From the NCBI GenBank assembly GCA_000004695.1, contig CM000150.2:4128001-4192000 (forward strand): a DNA stretch of 64,000 bases, written 5' to 3'. This DNA is from Dictyostelium discoideum (Eukaryota). Shown here piece by piece: positions 42,919 to 57,580 of the stretch (position 1 is the stretch's first letter; every line of letters begins with the position of its first letter). Made by a program: the position numbers and the translations under genes. The notes beneath the pieces were generated by a model. That model was not told the origin of the DNA. It was given only the letters and a program-made list of their open reading frames with translations, and did not search any database.

Positions 42919-43725
42919 TGTGTGTTGTTGATTGATTTGAAAAGTTTGTTAATAATAAAAATAAATAAATTTTCATTACCTTTTTATAATAAATTTTTTA
43001 CAATGAGAAAACATTTTAATCCATGATTAATAACTAATGTTTAATTGTTGGTAACTAGATATTATTTAATAAAGTGTGTTTATTTGATTTTGAAATACAA
43101 AGAGATTATTTTTATTAACATTTTTTTTTTTTTTTTTTTTTTTTTAACCCCAAACAAATCACAAAAAAAAAAAAAAATTAAAAAAAAAAAAATTAAAAAA
43201 AAAAAATTAAAAAAAAAAAAAAGTAAATATTGATAAGATTAAAATCTAACACAAAATTTTCATAGTTTTTTTTTCTTAATATTCAAACCAAGACTGACAA
43301 CCAGTTTTCCATTGGTTATCTTCAATACCCTTTTATTTTCCACCAATCACCAAAATATTTCTTGAACATTTTTTAATAATTTTTTTTTTTTTTTTTTTTT
43401 TTTAAAAAATGGTAATAACCAAATGATGGTTTTTAAATTATTTACGATGAATGGTCATTTTTTCATTTTTATTTATTAATTTTTTTTCTTATTTTTTTTT
43501 TTTTTTTTTTTTTTTTTATAAATAAAAGAAATTAATTTTATAAAATAAACACAATTAATTGAAGATTTTTTTTATTATTTTTTTTTTTTTTCTTAACAAA
43601 ACAGATTTATATTTATTTACTTTTTTAAATGTTTTGTTATTATTATTATTACAATGATTATTTATTTTTCAAAAATTTATAGTTGAAAAATCGAATTTAT
43701 AAAAAAAAAAAAGATTAATCATTGA

Positions 43726-44357
43726 TTAAAATGGGATTGAGAATGGAGTTTGAATACTTGAATAAATTTCAATACCAGATAATGGAATTGAATATTTAAT
43801 ATTATCATTTGCCCAACCAATTGATAAAACTTGTTCATTTGAATTAATATTATTCCAATAGAATGGACCATATCTTTTAGATTGAAGATATGTTGGTGCT
43901 CTTGTTATTGGTTCTTGATATTTACCATTGATTTTAATTGAAAATAATGGTATTGGACTAATGATTGAACCTGTCCAATCTGAATTAAATGAATATAAAT
44001 AAAACTTGTATGAATGTGGACCTGCTAATGATATATTGAGTGTACTTGGAATACCATTGGTTACATCATTACCAAGGTAAGTTTTAATCATTGAAATTTC
44101 ATCTTGACCACCACTACCAGTTCCAAATGGAATATCAACAGAACTCAATGAGAACATACCAGAGGTTGTACATTTATTTAATGATTGAATCCAATCACAT
44201 CTTGTACAATCTTTACCATTTACTGAAAGTTTACGTGGTGCATTACTATCGGATGGCGCTAAATCGATACCAAGGTAGAAATTGTTTGCATTATTATCTA
44301 AAAGATAAGTACTTGCAAAATAAGATCCTACTTCTGGAAGGCTCAAGTTAAAGACTT
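43726..44357 (-). pseudogene. 3' fragment, the last roughly 208 codons, of a family-1 gene. It is most similar to the C-terminus of the 10891-13933 gene and has lost everything upstream at a junction with transposon DNA.
   Basis: Product: ..LSLPEVGSYFASTYLLDNNANNFYLGIDLAPSDSNAPRKLSVNGKDCTRCDWIQSLNKCTTSG..IQTPFSIPF*. It is about 93% identical to the same region of gene A, with a 1-codon deletion. Nucleotide homology to the parent stops at about 44357. Confidence 0.7.
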
Positions 44358-44720
44358 TATATCAAAATTGGAAAAAGAAAAAGAATTTATATTGGGTGAT
44401 AGAGGATTTGTTGGTGTTGGAAGGTTAGTATTAACTATTCCAAAAGGTAAAAGAGATTATGAACAGAAACAACAGATATAGATCAAAAATCAATAAGAAT
44501 AATTATTGAAAATGTGTTTGCTAAAATAAAAAGATTCTTTATTACAAGTATGCCACTAAGATATAAATTTTCAGTAGGATCAATTGATATGGATAGTGTT
44601 CAAGAAAAACACCACAAAACATGGTGTGTTGTAGGCTATATTATAAATTTGTTTAAACCAATAAGAGATCTAAAAAAAAATCTTAAAAAAATGACAATAA
44701 ATAATAAAATAATTTAATAA
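44347..44720 (+). mobile_element. C-terminal remnant of a PIF/Harbinger-type (DDE_Tnp_4) transposase gene. It is frameshifted and abuts the family-1 pseudogene.
   Basis: Frame 1: ..EFILGDRGFVGVGRLVLTIPKGKRDYEQKQQI*. Frame 3: QKSIRIIIENVFAKIKRFFITSMPLRYKFSVGSIDMDSVQEKHHKTW... These match the conserved (L/I)(L/V)xDxG(Y/F) and S.R..IE..F..LK.RF.IL motifs at the C-terminus of Harbinger/PIF/IS5-like DDE transposases. They are separated by a -1 frameshift. Confidence 0.55.
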
Positions 44721-44870
44721 TGAATTTATTATAGTCAATGATTTTTTAATTGTTCACAATTTTTTTTTCCATATAAAATTAATATGAAAAAAAAAAGAAA
44801 AAAAAAAAACAAAAAAAACAATTTTTTTGATTTTTTTTGATTTTTTTTTTTTGGTGAAAGTCATGATCAC

Positions 44871-44901
<31 letters not shown>

Positions 44902-45497
44902 AAATTAAAAAAAAAAATCTTTTTTTTTGGGTTGGTTTGTTTTTTAATTTAAAAAAAAAAAGAAAAAAAAGAATAAAAATTAAGATTTAAAAGAATGGAT
45001 TAATTTACACTTTAAATTTTTGATACTTTACAATCAAATTTTAATTTTTACCCTTTGTTTTATATTTTTGGCTAATTTTTTTTTTTTTTTTTTTTTTCTC
45101 AAGAGTAACTGTTAAAGAAAATCGGAAATAAAAAAATAAAAATAAAAAAAATAAAAGAAAAAATGATCATTTAATGATTAATAAAAAATATTGAGCTTTA
45201 TTAGTTTATTGATTCTAAATATGTTTCTATTTTTTTTATTTCTGTACATTTGAAGACACATTTATATGTACTGGTAAGCGAGGCTGTAATAAAAACTTTG
45301 ATTTAAACAGCCTAAATGTGTCCAAACAAAAAAATGAATCCATTGCAAAATACACAACTTTTTTTTCTTTTAAAAACGTGCATTGTAAAATACCTAAATT
45401 GAAATTAAACTGCTAGAAACTAATTTATTGTAAAAAACAGAACTTTTTTTCTTTTAAAAACGTGCATTTATTACAAAATACAAAAATTGGATTTGAA

Positions 45498-45622
45498 TTG
45501 CCAGAAGCCATTTCAAACAAAAACGTGTTTTAAATTAAAATACCAAACTTTTTTTTTTCTAATTATAAAAAAAATAAGTTTGGTATTTTGCTGTAAAAGC
45601 ACGTTTTTGTTTTGAAATGGCT
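45498..45622. repeat. Imperfect inverted repeat with arms of about 50 bp (45498-45548 and 45569-45622) and a roughly 20-nt A/T spacer. It lies 250 bp upstream of the C2 gene ATG. The region also has three direct copies of CTTTTAAAAACGTGCATT / AAAACGTG.
   Basis: Arm 1: ttgccagaagccatttcaaacaaaaacgtgttttaaattaaaataccaaac. Reverse complement of arm 2: ttgccagaagccatttcaaaacaaaaacgtgcttttacagcaaaataccaaac. Confidence 0.8.
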
Positions 45623-45871
45623 TCTGGCAATTGTTAAAACCTGAAAGAATTTGGTTCTTAGTTTTATCAAAATTTTTGGTTGCGACATTAAGGGCGATTC
45701 GATTTCTCTGAATTTTATTTTTTTTTATTTTTTTTTAATTTTTTTTTTTTAAATTTTAAAAAAAAAAAAATATATTCAAAAAAAAAAAAAAAAAAAAGTT
45801 AAAATTAAAAAAAAAAACATTTTCAATAATAATTTGTAGAAATATAAAGAGTAATAATAATAATATTAAAA

Positions 45872-45892
45872 ATGGGTTTAGAAGAAGAACAA

Positions 45893-45960
<68 letters not shown>

Positions 45961-46166
45961 TAATACCTCCACTATTAATAATAATAGTGCAAACACCACG
46001 CCATTATTAGAGAAAAGACCAAATAACTCAACAATAACAAACATTGAAATTGATGAGCAACCAACATATCAACCTATAAATTTAAGTAAAGAAACTGACG
46101 TACCACAATATACAACAAATCCTTATTCACCACAACCGGGTCAATATGGACAAATTGAATTCATTC

Positions 46167-46214
<48 letters not shown>

Positions 46215-47149
46215 ATTATCAACAACAACAATATCCTCAACAATATGACCAACAATACTATCAACAACAGCAAGAATATTATCAAACACAACCAACACAA
46301 GCAATTTTAAATGGAATTTTACCAACAACCACTACAACCACTACTACTACAACATCATCATCATCATCACAATATTTAATTGAACCAATGTTAATGATAC
46401 CAACAGGAGCAATTGCAACTTTTGATATGAATATGAATTCAAAAGCAACAATCAATTTCGATTCTATTTGTGTACCAGATACATGTACATTCTATTGTAG
46501 TAGTCCAATTGGTAAGGGAAGATTAAAGGTTAGAATTATTTCAGCAGGTAATTTAATTGCGGCTGATATTGGTGGTACGTCAGACCCATATGTTAAAATT
46601 AAATCATCATGTTTGAAATCATTTAAAGCAACAAGAATCGTTGATAAATGTTTAAATCCAGTTTGGGAGGAAACTTTAGCAGTGGAAATAGATTGTGTGG
46701 AGAGGGAATTACTCATGTTTGACATCTACGATCATGATGTGGTTGGTTGTGACGATTTGTTGGGCTATGTGGGTATTGACGTCTCAAAATTACCATTAGG
46801 TATTGAAGTTGTGACCAATGAGAATCTATCATTTGCAAAACATGGTACTTTGAAAATTGCATTGACAGCATTAGACTTTGGCTTGACCAATTTACCTCAA
46901 AATTATTTAACAACTTATCAAGAATGGAGATCTCACACTTTGGGTGGTATCACTAAAAAACATTTCAAATCAATTAAAAAGAGTTCAAAGATTGGTCCAT
47001 ACGTTAGTAAATTAACTCATCCTCACGATTATAAATTAGTTAATGGTTTCGTTAAAAGAAGAAAAACTAGACGTGAAAAAACTGCTGATGGCATCATTAC
47101 AGGTTTAAAAGTTGCCGGTGTTGTTGCTTTAGTCGCTATCTCTTCTTAA
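45872..47149 (+). CDS. C2-domain protein of 425 aa with an Asn/Gln-rich N-terminal half. Single exon.
   Basis: C2 core: GKGRLKVRIISAGNLIAADIGGTSDPYVKIKSSCLKSFKATRIVDKCLNPVWEETLAVEIDCVERELLMFDIYDHDVVGCDDLLGYVGIDVSKL. Complete ORF. Confidence 0.8.
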
Positions 47150-47379
47150 AAAAAAAAAAAAAAAAAAAATTAAAAAATTAAAAATAATGTAACATTAAAA
47201 AAAAAAATTAAAAATTAACACAACCGAGATTTTATTTTTATTTCTATTTTTATTTTTATCATTTTTTTTTATTTTTTATTTTTAAAAAAATAATATCTAA
47301 TCGTGGTTTTGGAATTTTTTAAAAAAAAGTATAATTTCTTAGAATTTTTGATTTTTTCACTTTTTTTTTCATTTTGAAA

Positions 47380-47412
<33 letters not shown>

Positions 47413-47522
47413 CAAATTTTTTAATTTATTTTTATTTGAATTTTTGTGGATATATAAAAAAAAAAAAGTTATAATAATGATCTATAAAGGGATCACAATA
47501 AAATATACATATTTAAATAAAG

Positions 47523-47662
47523 ATGCACCAAAATAAGTAAGTAATGTTTTTTTTTTTTTAATAGTTTGAAATTAAATAAATGTATAAATAATCTAATATT
47601 ACTTTTTTTTTTTTATTTTTTTATTTTTTCAAAATAGTTTCCGAAATAACAATAATATTACT

Positions 47663-47726
<64 letters not shown>

Positions 47727-49186
47727 TACAGCCACAAATGCCTGTTCAACCAAATAGAAATCTCCCACAGCATCAACTTCAACAACCAATTAAAAAGATA
47801 GGATATAGTGTTGTTGGAATGAATAATAGTATTAATGCCAACAATAATTTCAACAATAATAGTATGAACAACAATAATAACAATAATATGATGGGAAATA
47901 TAAATAATAATAACAATAACAATATAGGAATGAGTCAATTTAAACCAAAGGTACCAATGATACCAATTAATAAATCGATGATTAGTAAGCAATCACCCAC
48001 TAGATCACCTTTACAAAAATCAATTATACCTCAACAATCACAACAACAACAACAACAACAACAATTTCATAAGCCTACCCCACAACAACAACAATATCAA
48101 TATCAGCAACAACCACAACAGCAACAACAGCAACAACAGCAATTATATTTACAAGATAGTAATAATGACCATCACCAACCTAATGAATTTCAATTCTTCA
48201 TTCAAACACCATCATGCAATACTACAATATCACAACAAGAATCACCAACATTACAACCTCAACCACTTTTAACACCACAACAGCAACACCATCAAAATGG
48301 GAGACCACAACAACAACAACACCCAATAAACACTGGCAATATAAACAATAATAACAATAATAATTCATTTAACCCACCTATGAAAACTAATAAAATAGTA
48401 CCTCCAATAGTTAATAATAACTATAAGCAGCCAATTAGTAATATCACCAATGGTAAACCACTTCAACTTCCTCAAAAACAACAGCAACAACAACAACAAC
48501 AACAACAACAACAAATACTACAACCACCCCCTCAACAACAGCAACAACAACAACTCCCACAACCACAATCATCAGTTACATCACTTCCACCACCAATTGA
48601 AGGAACTGATTTACCACTATCGCCGGAATATTCATTCGATATAGATAATGAATTTGAATTAATGAGACCAAACCTTTCCACCAACTCTTCCACCACTACA
48701 ACAATCTCTTCTACATCCACAACTGCACCTTTATTAACAAATCCACAAAAAAATCTGCATCAACTACCTCAATCGTTTAATATTAAAAGTATTAGCCCAA
48801 TAAAAGGTTTACCACAACAACAGCAACAACAACAACAACCACTTCCCCCACCAATTCCACAAAATAATGAGCAACATTTACAAATAATTACAAGTTTAGA
48901 AAAACAAAAGATTGAAAGTGATAAATTGATTAATCAATTAAGAATGGAATTAGAAAAGAAAGAAAAAGAACTAAAAGAACAACAACAACAATTATTATTA
49001 TCAGCACCATCAAAAACAGCAACAGATTCAAAAGCATCCACTGCAACAATAGCAACAACAGCAACACCAATAGCAGCCAAACCAAAAAGCACAGAAAAGA
49101 GAAAACCAGAAAATGAAATTTCGTCAGACCCATCAAAGAAATTAAAATCCTCAAATACCACAACAAACAATAATAACAATAATAAC

Positions 49187-49256
<70 letters not shown>

Positions 49257-49606
49257 TAACGGCAATTGGTAAGAAACCAGCACAAACATCAAATCAAGTG
49301 GTAGTTTTACCAAAGATATCAAAAGAAAAGATTATAATGGACCAAATTATGGAAGATATATCAGCATTGAATCCATTTGATAGACCATTTACAACACATA
49401 ATATAGGATTACAACCAATTTCAAAACAAAAAGCTGAAATTAGTAAACAAAATCATCAACTATTTAAACTATTATCATTTAATAATGGTTCGCCAAGTAT
49501 TTTTTATCTACTTCCAACAAACTATGCAAATTCATTATCATCAGTTTCTTCATCAGGTGATAATCCTTACCTTTCATTTTCAACCCCAAATCTATTAGCA
49601 AATAAA

Positions 49607-49646
<40 letters not shown>

Positions 49647-50716
49647 TACTACCACAATTAAAACAATCATCAACTACTGTTCTACCTGCAGTGGTTTTAA
49701 AAAATAGTAATAATAGTTCAAAACAACCTCAACAACCTCAACAACAAATAATAAAAACCCCATCATCCAATATGATAGTAGCACAACCAAAACAACCAAC
49801 ACCAAATTCATTAAATGTAACAAACAAATTGAAATCAGTGACGAATGAGGTTTTTACATTTTTACCACAAAACTATTGTGAAGATTTATCGACATGTCTT
49901 TCAAGTGTTTTATCACTTCAAAGACCAAGTAATAGTTTATTTAAAAGATTGCTACCATTTTTAAAACTACCATCACCAATTGCAGTTGAAAAAGCATTAG
50001 ATGTAATTTTAACATTACTGACAACTTGTAATGGTTGTGTTGATTATATAATTTCTGGTTTAGTTTCAACAAAAGTTCAATCATCATCATCCTCTTCTCA
50101 ACCAACCTCAACTTTAATTTCTCAAGTACCTCATTTATCAAATAGTGGTAGTAGTGGAGGTGGCGATAATAGTGATACTAAAAATAATAATAATAATTGT
50201 TTAAATGAAATTCAAAGTATTCAATTATTACCACCACCCCCACAACCACATACACTAACATTATCAAATAATCAAAAAATAACATTATTCCCATTACAAA
50301 CTATGTCAAATCCAAGAATATTTACACTTTCAACACCACAACAAATTAAACCATCATCATTTACTGAACAAAAATTAAAAGAAAAACAAATTAAAGAATT
50401 ACAAATTTTAGCACTTTCAAATCCAAATTATTTAAATAATGAAATTTTAAATCCTAATAATGATAATAATGACAATGATGATAATAATAATAATAATATG
50501 AATATAGATACAATAACATCAAACTTAAAAAGGAGAAATAATAATCAAAAAGAAAAGAATACTTTATTAAATTATATTATTGATAATTTCAATGGTTTAT
50601 GTAATTTAAGTAGTAATACAAGTAAAATCATTGATTTAACATTAACTTCTTTATTAGTAATTACTGATAGAATAATGGTAACAACAACTCAACAAACAAC
50701 AACAACAAAAACAAAC

Positions 50717-50752
<36 letters not shown>

Positions 50753-51514
50753 TTTAGTGTATTACGTAGATTTAGCAGTATTTTTGATCAAGTTAATATA
50801 AATTTTTTATTTTCAAGTAGTTGTAGTATTGATCAAAAGATATTATATATAGAGTTGGCAGAGAATTTAATGGTTGACGCAGAATTAATGATGTTATTAG
50901 CTGGTGGTAAAGGTGGTGAAGATTTTATTGGTAGTTTTATTGTAAAAGTAACAGTGGCATTGGGTACATCACCATCATTATCATTAAATTCAAAGCAAAA
51001 GAGTAAATTCAAAACTTTGAAATTGAAAATCATTAAATTCCTCAGTAAAGCAGTTTCACTCTATAAGAAAATTGAACCATTATTTCGAGATTACATTTTT
51101 CAAGCCGGTATATTGTTAGTCTATCACGAGTTTAACAATGATCTCGATTTAAATCTTTTTAAAGAATCAGATGAACAATTACAATCAACAACCTTGTTAA
51201 AAGAAACATTAAGATTAATTTATATTTGGTCAAATAAATTCACAGAGGAAATTAATTTAAAAGGCTCTGAAAAGGAATTTGAACTTTTAAAAGCAGTAAC
51301 CATTAGAATTTCAAAATACTCTCATTTGGCACCACTTTCAGAATCAATTGAATTATGTGAAAGATTAGTAGAATTTTTAGAATCTTGTTATAATCCAGGT
51401 TTAAGTAATAATAATCAAACAAATACTTCAATCGATCAAACCTCGAGTGATGGTGATAGTGTTACAATTTTAAATCAAAATCAAATTAATAATAATATTG
51501 AAAAAATAAAATAA
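47523..51514 (+). CDS. Gln/Asn-rich protein of about 1,290 aa with unknown function. A structured C-terminal roughly 500 aa is predicted. A possible 14-nt first exon lies at 47523..47536 (MHQN-), with an intron at 47537..47637, joined to the main exon 47638..51514. Otherwise the start is at 47738.
   Basis: ORF 47738-51514. Upstream the (AAT)18 tract is in frame back to an AG acceptor at 47636-47637. ATGCACCAAAATAA|GTAAGT at 47523 gives a phase-2 junction. The C-terminal region is non-repetitive (..FTFLPQNYCEDLSTCLSSVLSLQRPSNSLFKRLLPFLKLPSPIAVEKALDVILTLLTTCNGCVDYIISGLV..). Confidence 0.65.
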
Positions 51515-52162
51515 TTACCATTTTGTATATAAATCTTTTTTTTTTTTTTTTCTTTTTTTTTTTTAATTCTAGAAACAGATTTTTTATTTCAAAGGTAATT
51601 TTGGAAGAAGAGAATGATGAAGAGGAAGAAGAGGAGGATCAGTATACCAATGGTTGATGAGTCATTAAAGGAAAGATTAAGTGATAAAAATGTTTTTAAA
51701 AATTTTTTTTTTTTTTTCCTTCCACATTGATTTTTTTTTTTAATTTTTTTTTTTTCCTTTGATCATTCAAAAGCGCACTCAAAAAAAAAACTCAATGAAA
51801 ATTAAAAAGAAAATAAAAATAATAAAAATATAAAAATATTATTCTTTTATTTTGTCTTTATAATTTTATTCATATCTTGTTTTTGGGGAAGATTTTTGAT
51901 AATTAAAAAAAAAGAATAATTAATTCATATAATAGTAGTGCAAAATTATAAAAATTTAAAAAAAAAAAATAAAATAAAAAATCTCAATTAATCCCTGGTT
52001 AGAAAAAGATATTTTACTTTTTTCGTGTCAAAAAAAAAAAAAAAAAATTAAAAAAATAAAAATAAAAAAAACTATTATTCTTCACTCCTATTGTGCTTTT
52101 GGTTCACTTGAAAAAAAAAAAGAATCATATGACAGTAATTTTTTATTTATTTTAATTTTTTT

Positions 52163-52195
<33 letters not shown>

Positions 52196-52323
52196 ATCAA
52201 CACAACGTAAAAAAAAAAAAAAAAAAAAAAAGATATTTTTTTTGTCCAAATCAAATTTATTACCATCTTAATATTATTATCTCTACTCATTTAAAGAGAT
52301 ATAAATAACAAAAAAAACAAATA

Positions 52324-53863
52324 ATGAGAGTTTTACTTTTGACAGTATTACTTTTATGTACTGTATTTTTAGTACAAAGTCAAGATTTCGTATGTGTCTA
52401 AAATATTTTGGAATAGAAAAAAAATAAAAAATTAAAAATAGAAACCACAAAAAAAAAAAAAAAAAAATAAAAATGGAAACCACAAAAAAAAAAAAAAAAA
52501 AAAAAAGAAAGAAATCAGATTAACATTAATAATAAATAAAATAAAATAAATAAATAAATAAAAATAATAAAAAATTAAGAAAAAGAAAAATATATATTAA
52601 TTTATTATTTTTTTAAATTTTTTATTTATTTATTTTATATAAAAGCAAAATGAAACTTATGTATCAAAATTTGAACCAGTTTCATCAAATGGTAAAGCTT
52701 CAATTACAACTTATTTCAGTCCAGATACAAGTCTTAAAGTTGAAACAGATTTAATTGTAAATGCAAAGGAATCAATTGATATTGCCATCCCAGGCATGGA
52801 TTCATGGATTTATTGTACAGATTCATATCAAGGTGTTTACGGTTGTACAGTTGCCAAGCAAAGAACTGAAACATTCCCAATTTTCCAAGCATTATTAAAT
52901 GCAGTTAATGGTGGTATTAAGGTTAGAATCATTACCAACAATTATTATACACCAGGTGCCAATGGATCATGTAGTGATGGTCAAATTGATCCACTTAGTT
53001 TTTTAGCATTAGCAGGTGCAGAAGTTAAATACTTTACAACAGTAACTTATCTTCATTCAAAGTATTGTAATGTCGATGGTGGTACATCATCAATTTCCTC
53101 AATTAACTACAGTCAAACTTCATTCATGAAGAATAGAGAAGCTGGTGTTATTGTCAGTGGTAACGATGATTTAACAGATTTCACAAACCAAGTTTTTGAA
53201 TATGATTGGAACCATGGTATCCCATGGCCAACCATTACTTACACTCCAGCTGAAATGAAAATCATCACCGACAAAACAATGATTGATGTAGTTATTCCAT
53301 CACCAACTAGTTTCCCAGGTTCTTACGTTACCACAGTAACCACCGTCAATGAGGCTATGGATACTACTGTTTTCACATCTCCAGATTTCGCTTGGGAACA
53401 AGTTAAAGCCGATATTGATGCTTCTTCATCAATGTTGGTTTACATCTATCAAATCACTGGTCCATCTTGGTGTGATCTTTTAGGTAACTATTCTGGTAGT
53501 CTCACTATCTTGGTTTCTGATGTCATTTTTGATGAAGCCGATTATGAATCTGCAGTACTCTGTTATAATCATCTCTACAACAATGGTATCACCATTAGAA
53601 AGACTGCTAAGAATATGTACACTTACTCACATCAAAAATATTGGGTTCTCGATAATAAAACTGTTTACCTCTCAACTGGTAACTGGGGTGAAACTGATTT
53701 CCCTGATGGTAGTTCCGATTTCCCACCATCAGATTCATCTGATTGGAGAAAGATTAATAGAGATTTCAACATTAAAATGGTTGACCCTAAATTAACTGCT
53801 GTTTATACTAATTTATTCAAAGCTGATTATGCTTTAGGTTTTGATTATCATCCATACAAATAA
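52324..53863 (+). CDS. Secreted phospholipase-D-superfamily protein with two HKD motifs. Exons are 52324..52389 (signal peptide) and 52646..53863.
   Basis: Exon 1: MRVLLLTVLLLCTVFLVQSQDF, with donor TTC|GTATGT. Exon 2 starts QNETYVSKFEPVSS... HKD motifs: 'YLHSKYCNVDGG' (HxK-x4-D) and 'YSHQKYWVLDNKTVYLSTGNWGETD' (HxK-x4-D...GN). The phase-0 junction is consistent with the ORF-track frame at 52796. Confidence 0.75.
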
Positions 53864-54086
53864 ATTTATAAATTAATACACATATATATATCAATAAATT
53901 TATTTAAATAGTAATAATAATAATAATAATTATAATAACAATAATATTAATTGTTAATTAATAAAAATAAAAATAATAATAATAATCAATTTAAAATTTA
54001 ATATTTATATAAATAAAAGAAGATCAACAGTATCTGTTTATTTTTTTTTTTTATATAAAAAAACTATTATTTTATTTTTTTTTAAA

Positions 54087-55901
<1,815 letters not shown>

Positions 55902-56635
55902 TTTTTAAAAAAATGTAATAATTGAAAGGTTATAACGCTGTAAGAAAAGTTTTATGTGTGTTTTAAAAAATAAATTTAAAAAAAAAAAAAAAAAAATTCA
56001 AATTTAAATTTTTATTTTTTTTTTTTGAAATGGCGCGCAATTATTTTAAAAATTGAGATTTATAAAAAAAACCAAAAATGGCATTTCTAGATTAATATTT
56101 TTATTTTTTTTTTATATTTATTATTATTTTTTTTTTTTTTGGTATTAATAAATTATTTGTGAGATCTTAGCAATAATAGATTTTTATTATGATTTTTATT
56201 AAAATTTTGAAAGATCTTATATTTTTTTTTTTTTTTTTTTTTTTTTAATATTGATTACAGTTTACAGTTTTAAATGTTTTTCTTTTTTTTATAGATAGGC
56301 TAGTTTGTACCATTTATTTATTAGAGTCGAGTACCAAAGCTTTTCATCTTTAGACGGTTCGTCACTATACAATTAATTGATGATCCAAACCCAGATGTTA
56401 TGAATTATTAATGCCATTATGTTTCTATATTGAAGGTTCTGGATAGGTTATAGTTTACATTAATATCCCCATTCAAAGTAATATTTGTGGAATCTAAAAT
56501 TTAAGTAATCTATATTAACCTCCCTTCTTCATGTTTTTTTGGATTATAGATATTCTATTTGTGAATTTATTGTTGGATTATTTAAATTTAAAGTACACAT
56601 TCTGAATCAAACATGCGACCTTTCGCGGGTGGTGA

Positions 56636-56800
56636 TAAATATAATGAATATACATTTTATAATAATAACAATAATAAATAATAATTAATAATCAATATTC
56701 AATAAATAATAAATAATAATAAATAATAAATAAATAATAAATAATAAATAATAAATAATAAATAATAATAATAAATATATAATAAATAATAATTAATAAT
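56636..56800. repeat. AT-rich segment (ataatgaatat[a/t]acattttataataataacaataataaataataattaataat...) duplicated at 57178-57300.
   Basis: Direct comparison of the two stretches. Confidence 0.6.
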
Positions 56801-57088
56801 ACCAAATAATAATTTAATAATAATGAAACGTTACAAATCGCGCATTTTTCGTTGTTTTTGTAAAAATGAAAAATGTCGAAAAATAAAAATTTTAAAATAG
56901 TTTATTCATTAATACATTTTTGCATAATTATAAACATCGTGTAATTTATTATCTTTATTGTTTAATTCTAAATCGATATTCTAATAAAACATTATTTTGA
57001 AATTGAGATACAGGGAAGCACAACAACAATACAGAAGAGAAGTAATCGAAATTAGAGATGATGAAGTAATAGAAATTAGTGATGAAGA

Positions 57089-57129
<41 letters not shown>

Positions 57130-57580
57130 TAATATTTTATTGGAATCCTTAACCAATCTTGTCAAGAAGGGGGATATATAATGAATATTACATTTTATAA
57201 TAATAACAATAATAAATAATAATTAATAATTAATAATCAATAAATAATAAATAATAATAAATAATAATAAATATATAATAAATAATAATAATTAAAATTA
57301 TAATTAATTTATTTAGTTTTTATATATTTTAGAGTTTTCGTTCGAAACTTCTAGGTCGAAAATAAAGAAAAATCAAAAATTATAAAAACTGAAAAAAATG
57401 AAAAAAATAAAGTTAGTTTTGATTCACGCTTTACAGCATTCATATAATATTAATTGTGTGTTCCTTTATTTATGATCAATATTGGCATTACATTAAAATT
57501 TTTCGTTGCTTTTTTTTTTTTACCTAAAAGCGGTGTATAAAATTTTTCGTTGCAGAAAAATAAAAATTTTAAATAAAATT

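Noticed and set aside
48532-50141. Short ORFs on both strands within the 47738-51514 gene (for example 48930-49322 poly-Y/L, 49479-49673).
   Set aside because: They are alternative-frame readings of (AAT)n/(CAA)n tracts of the sense gene.
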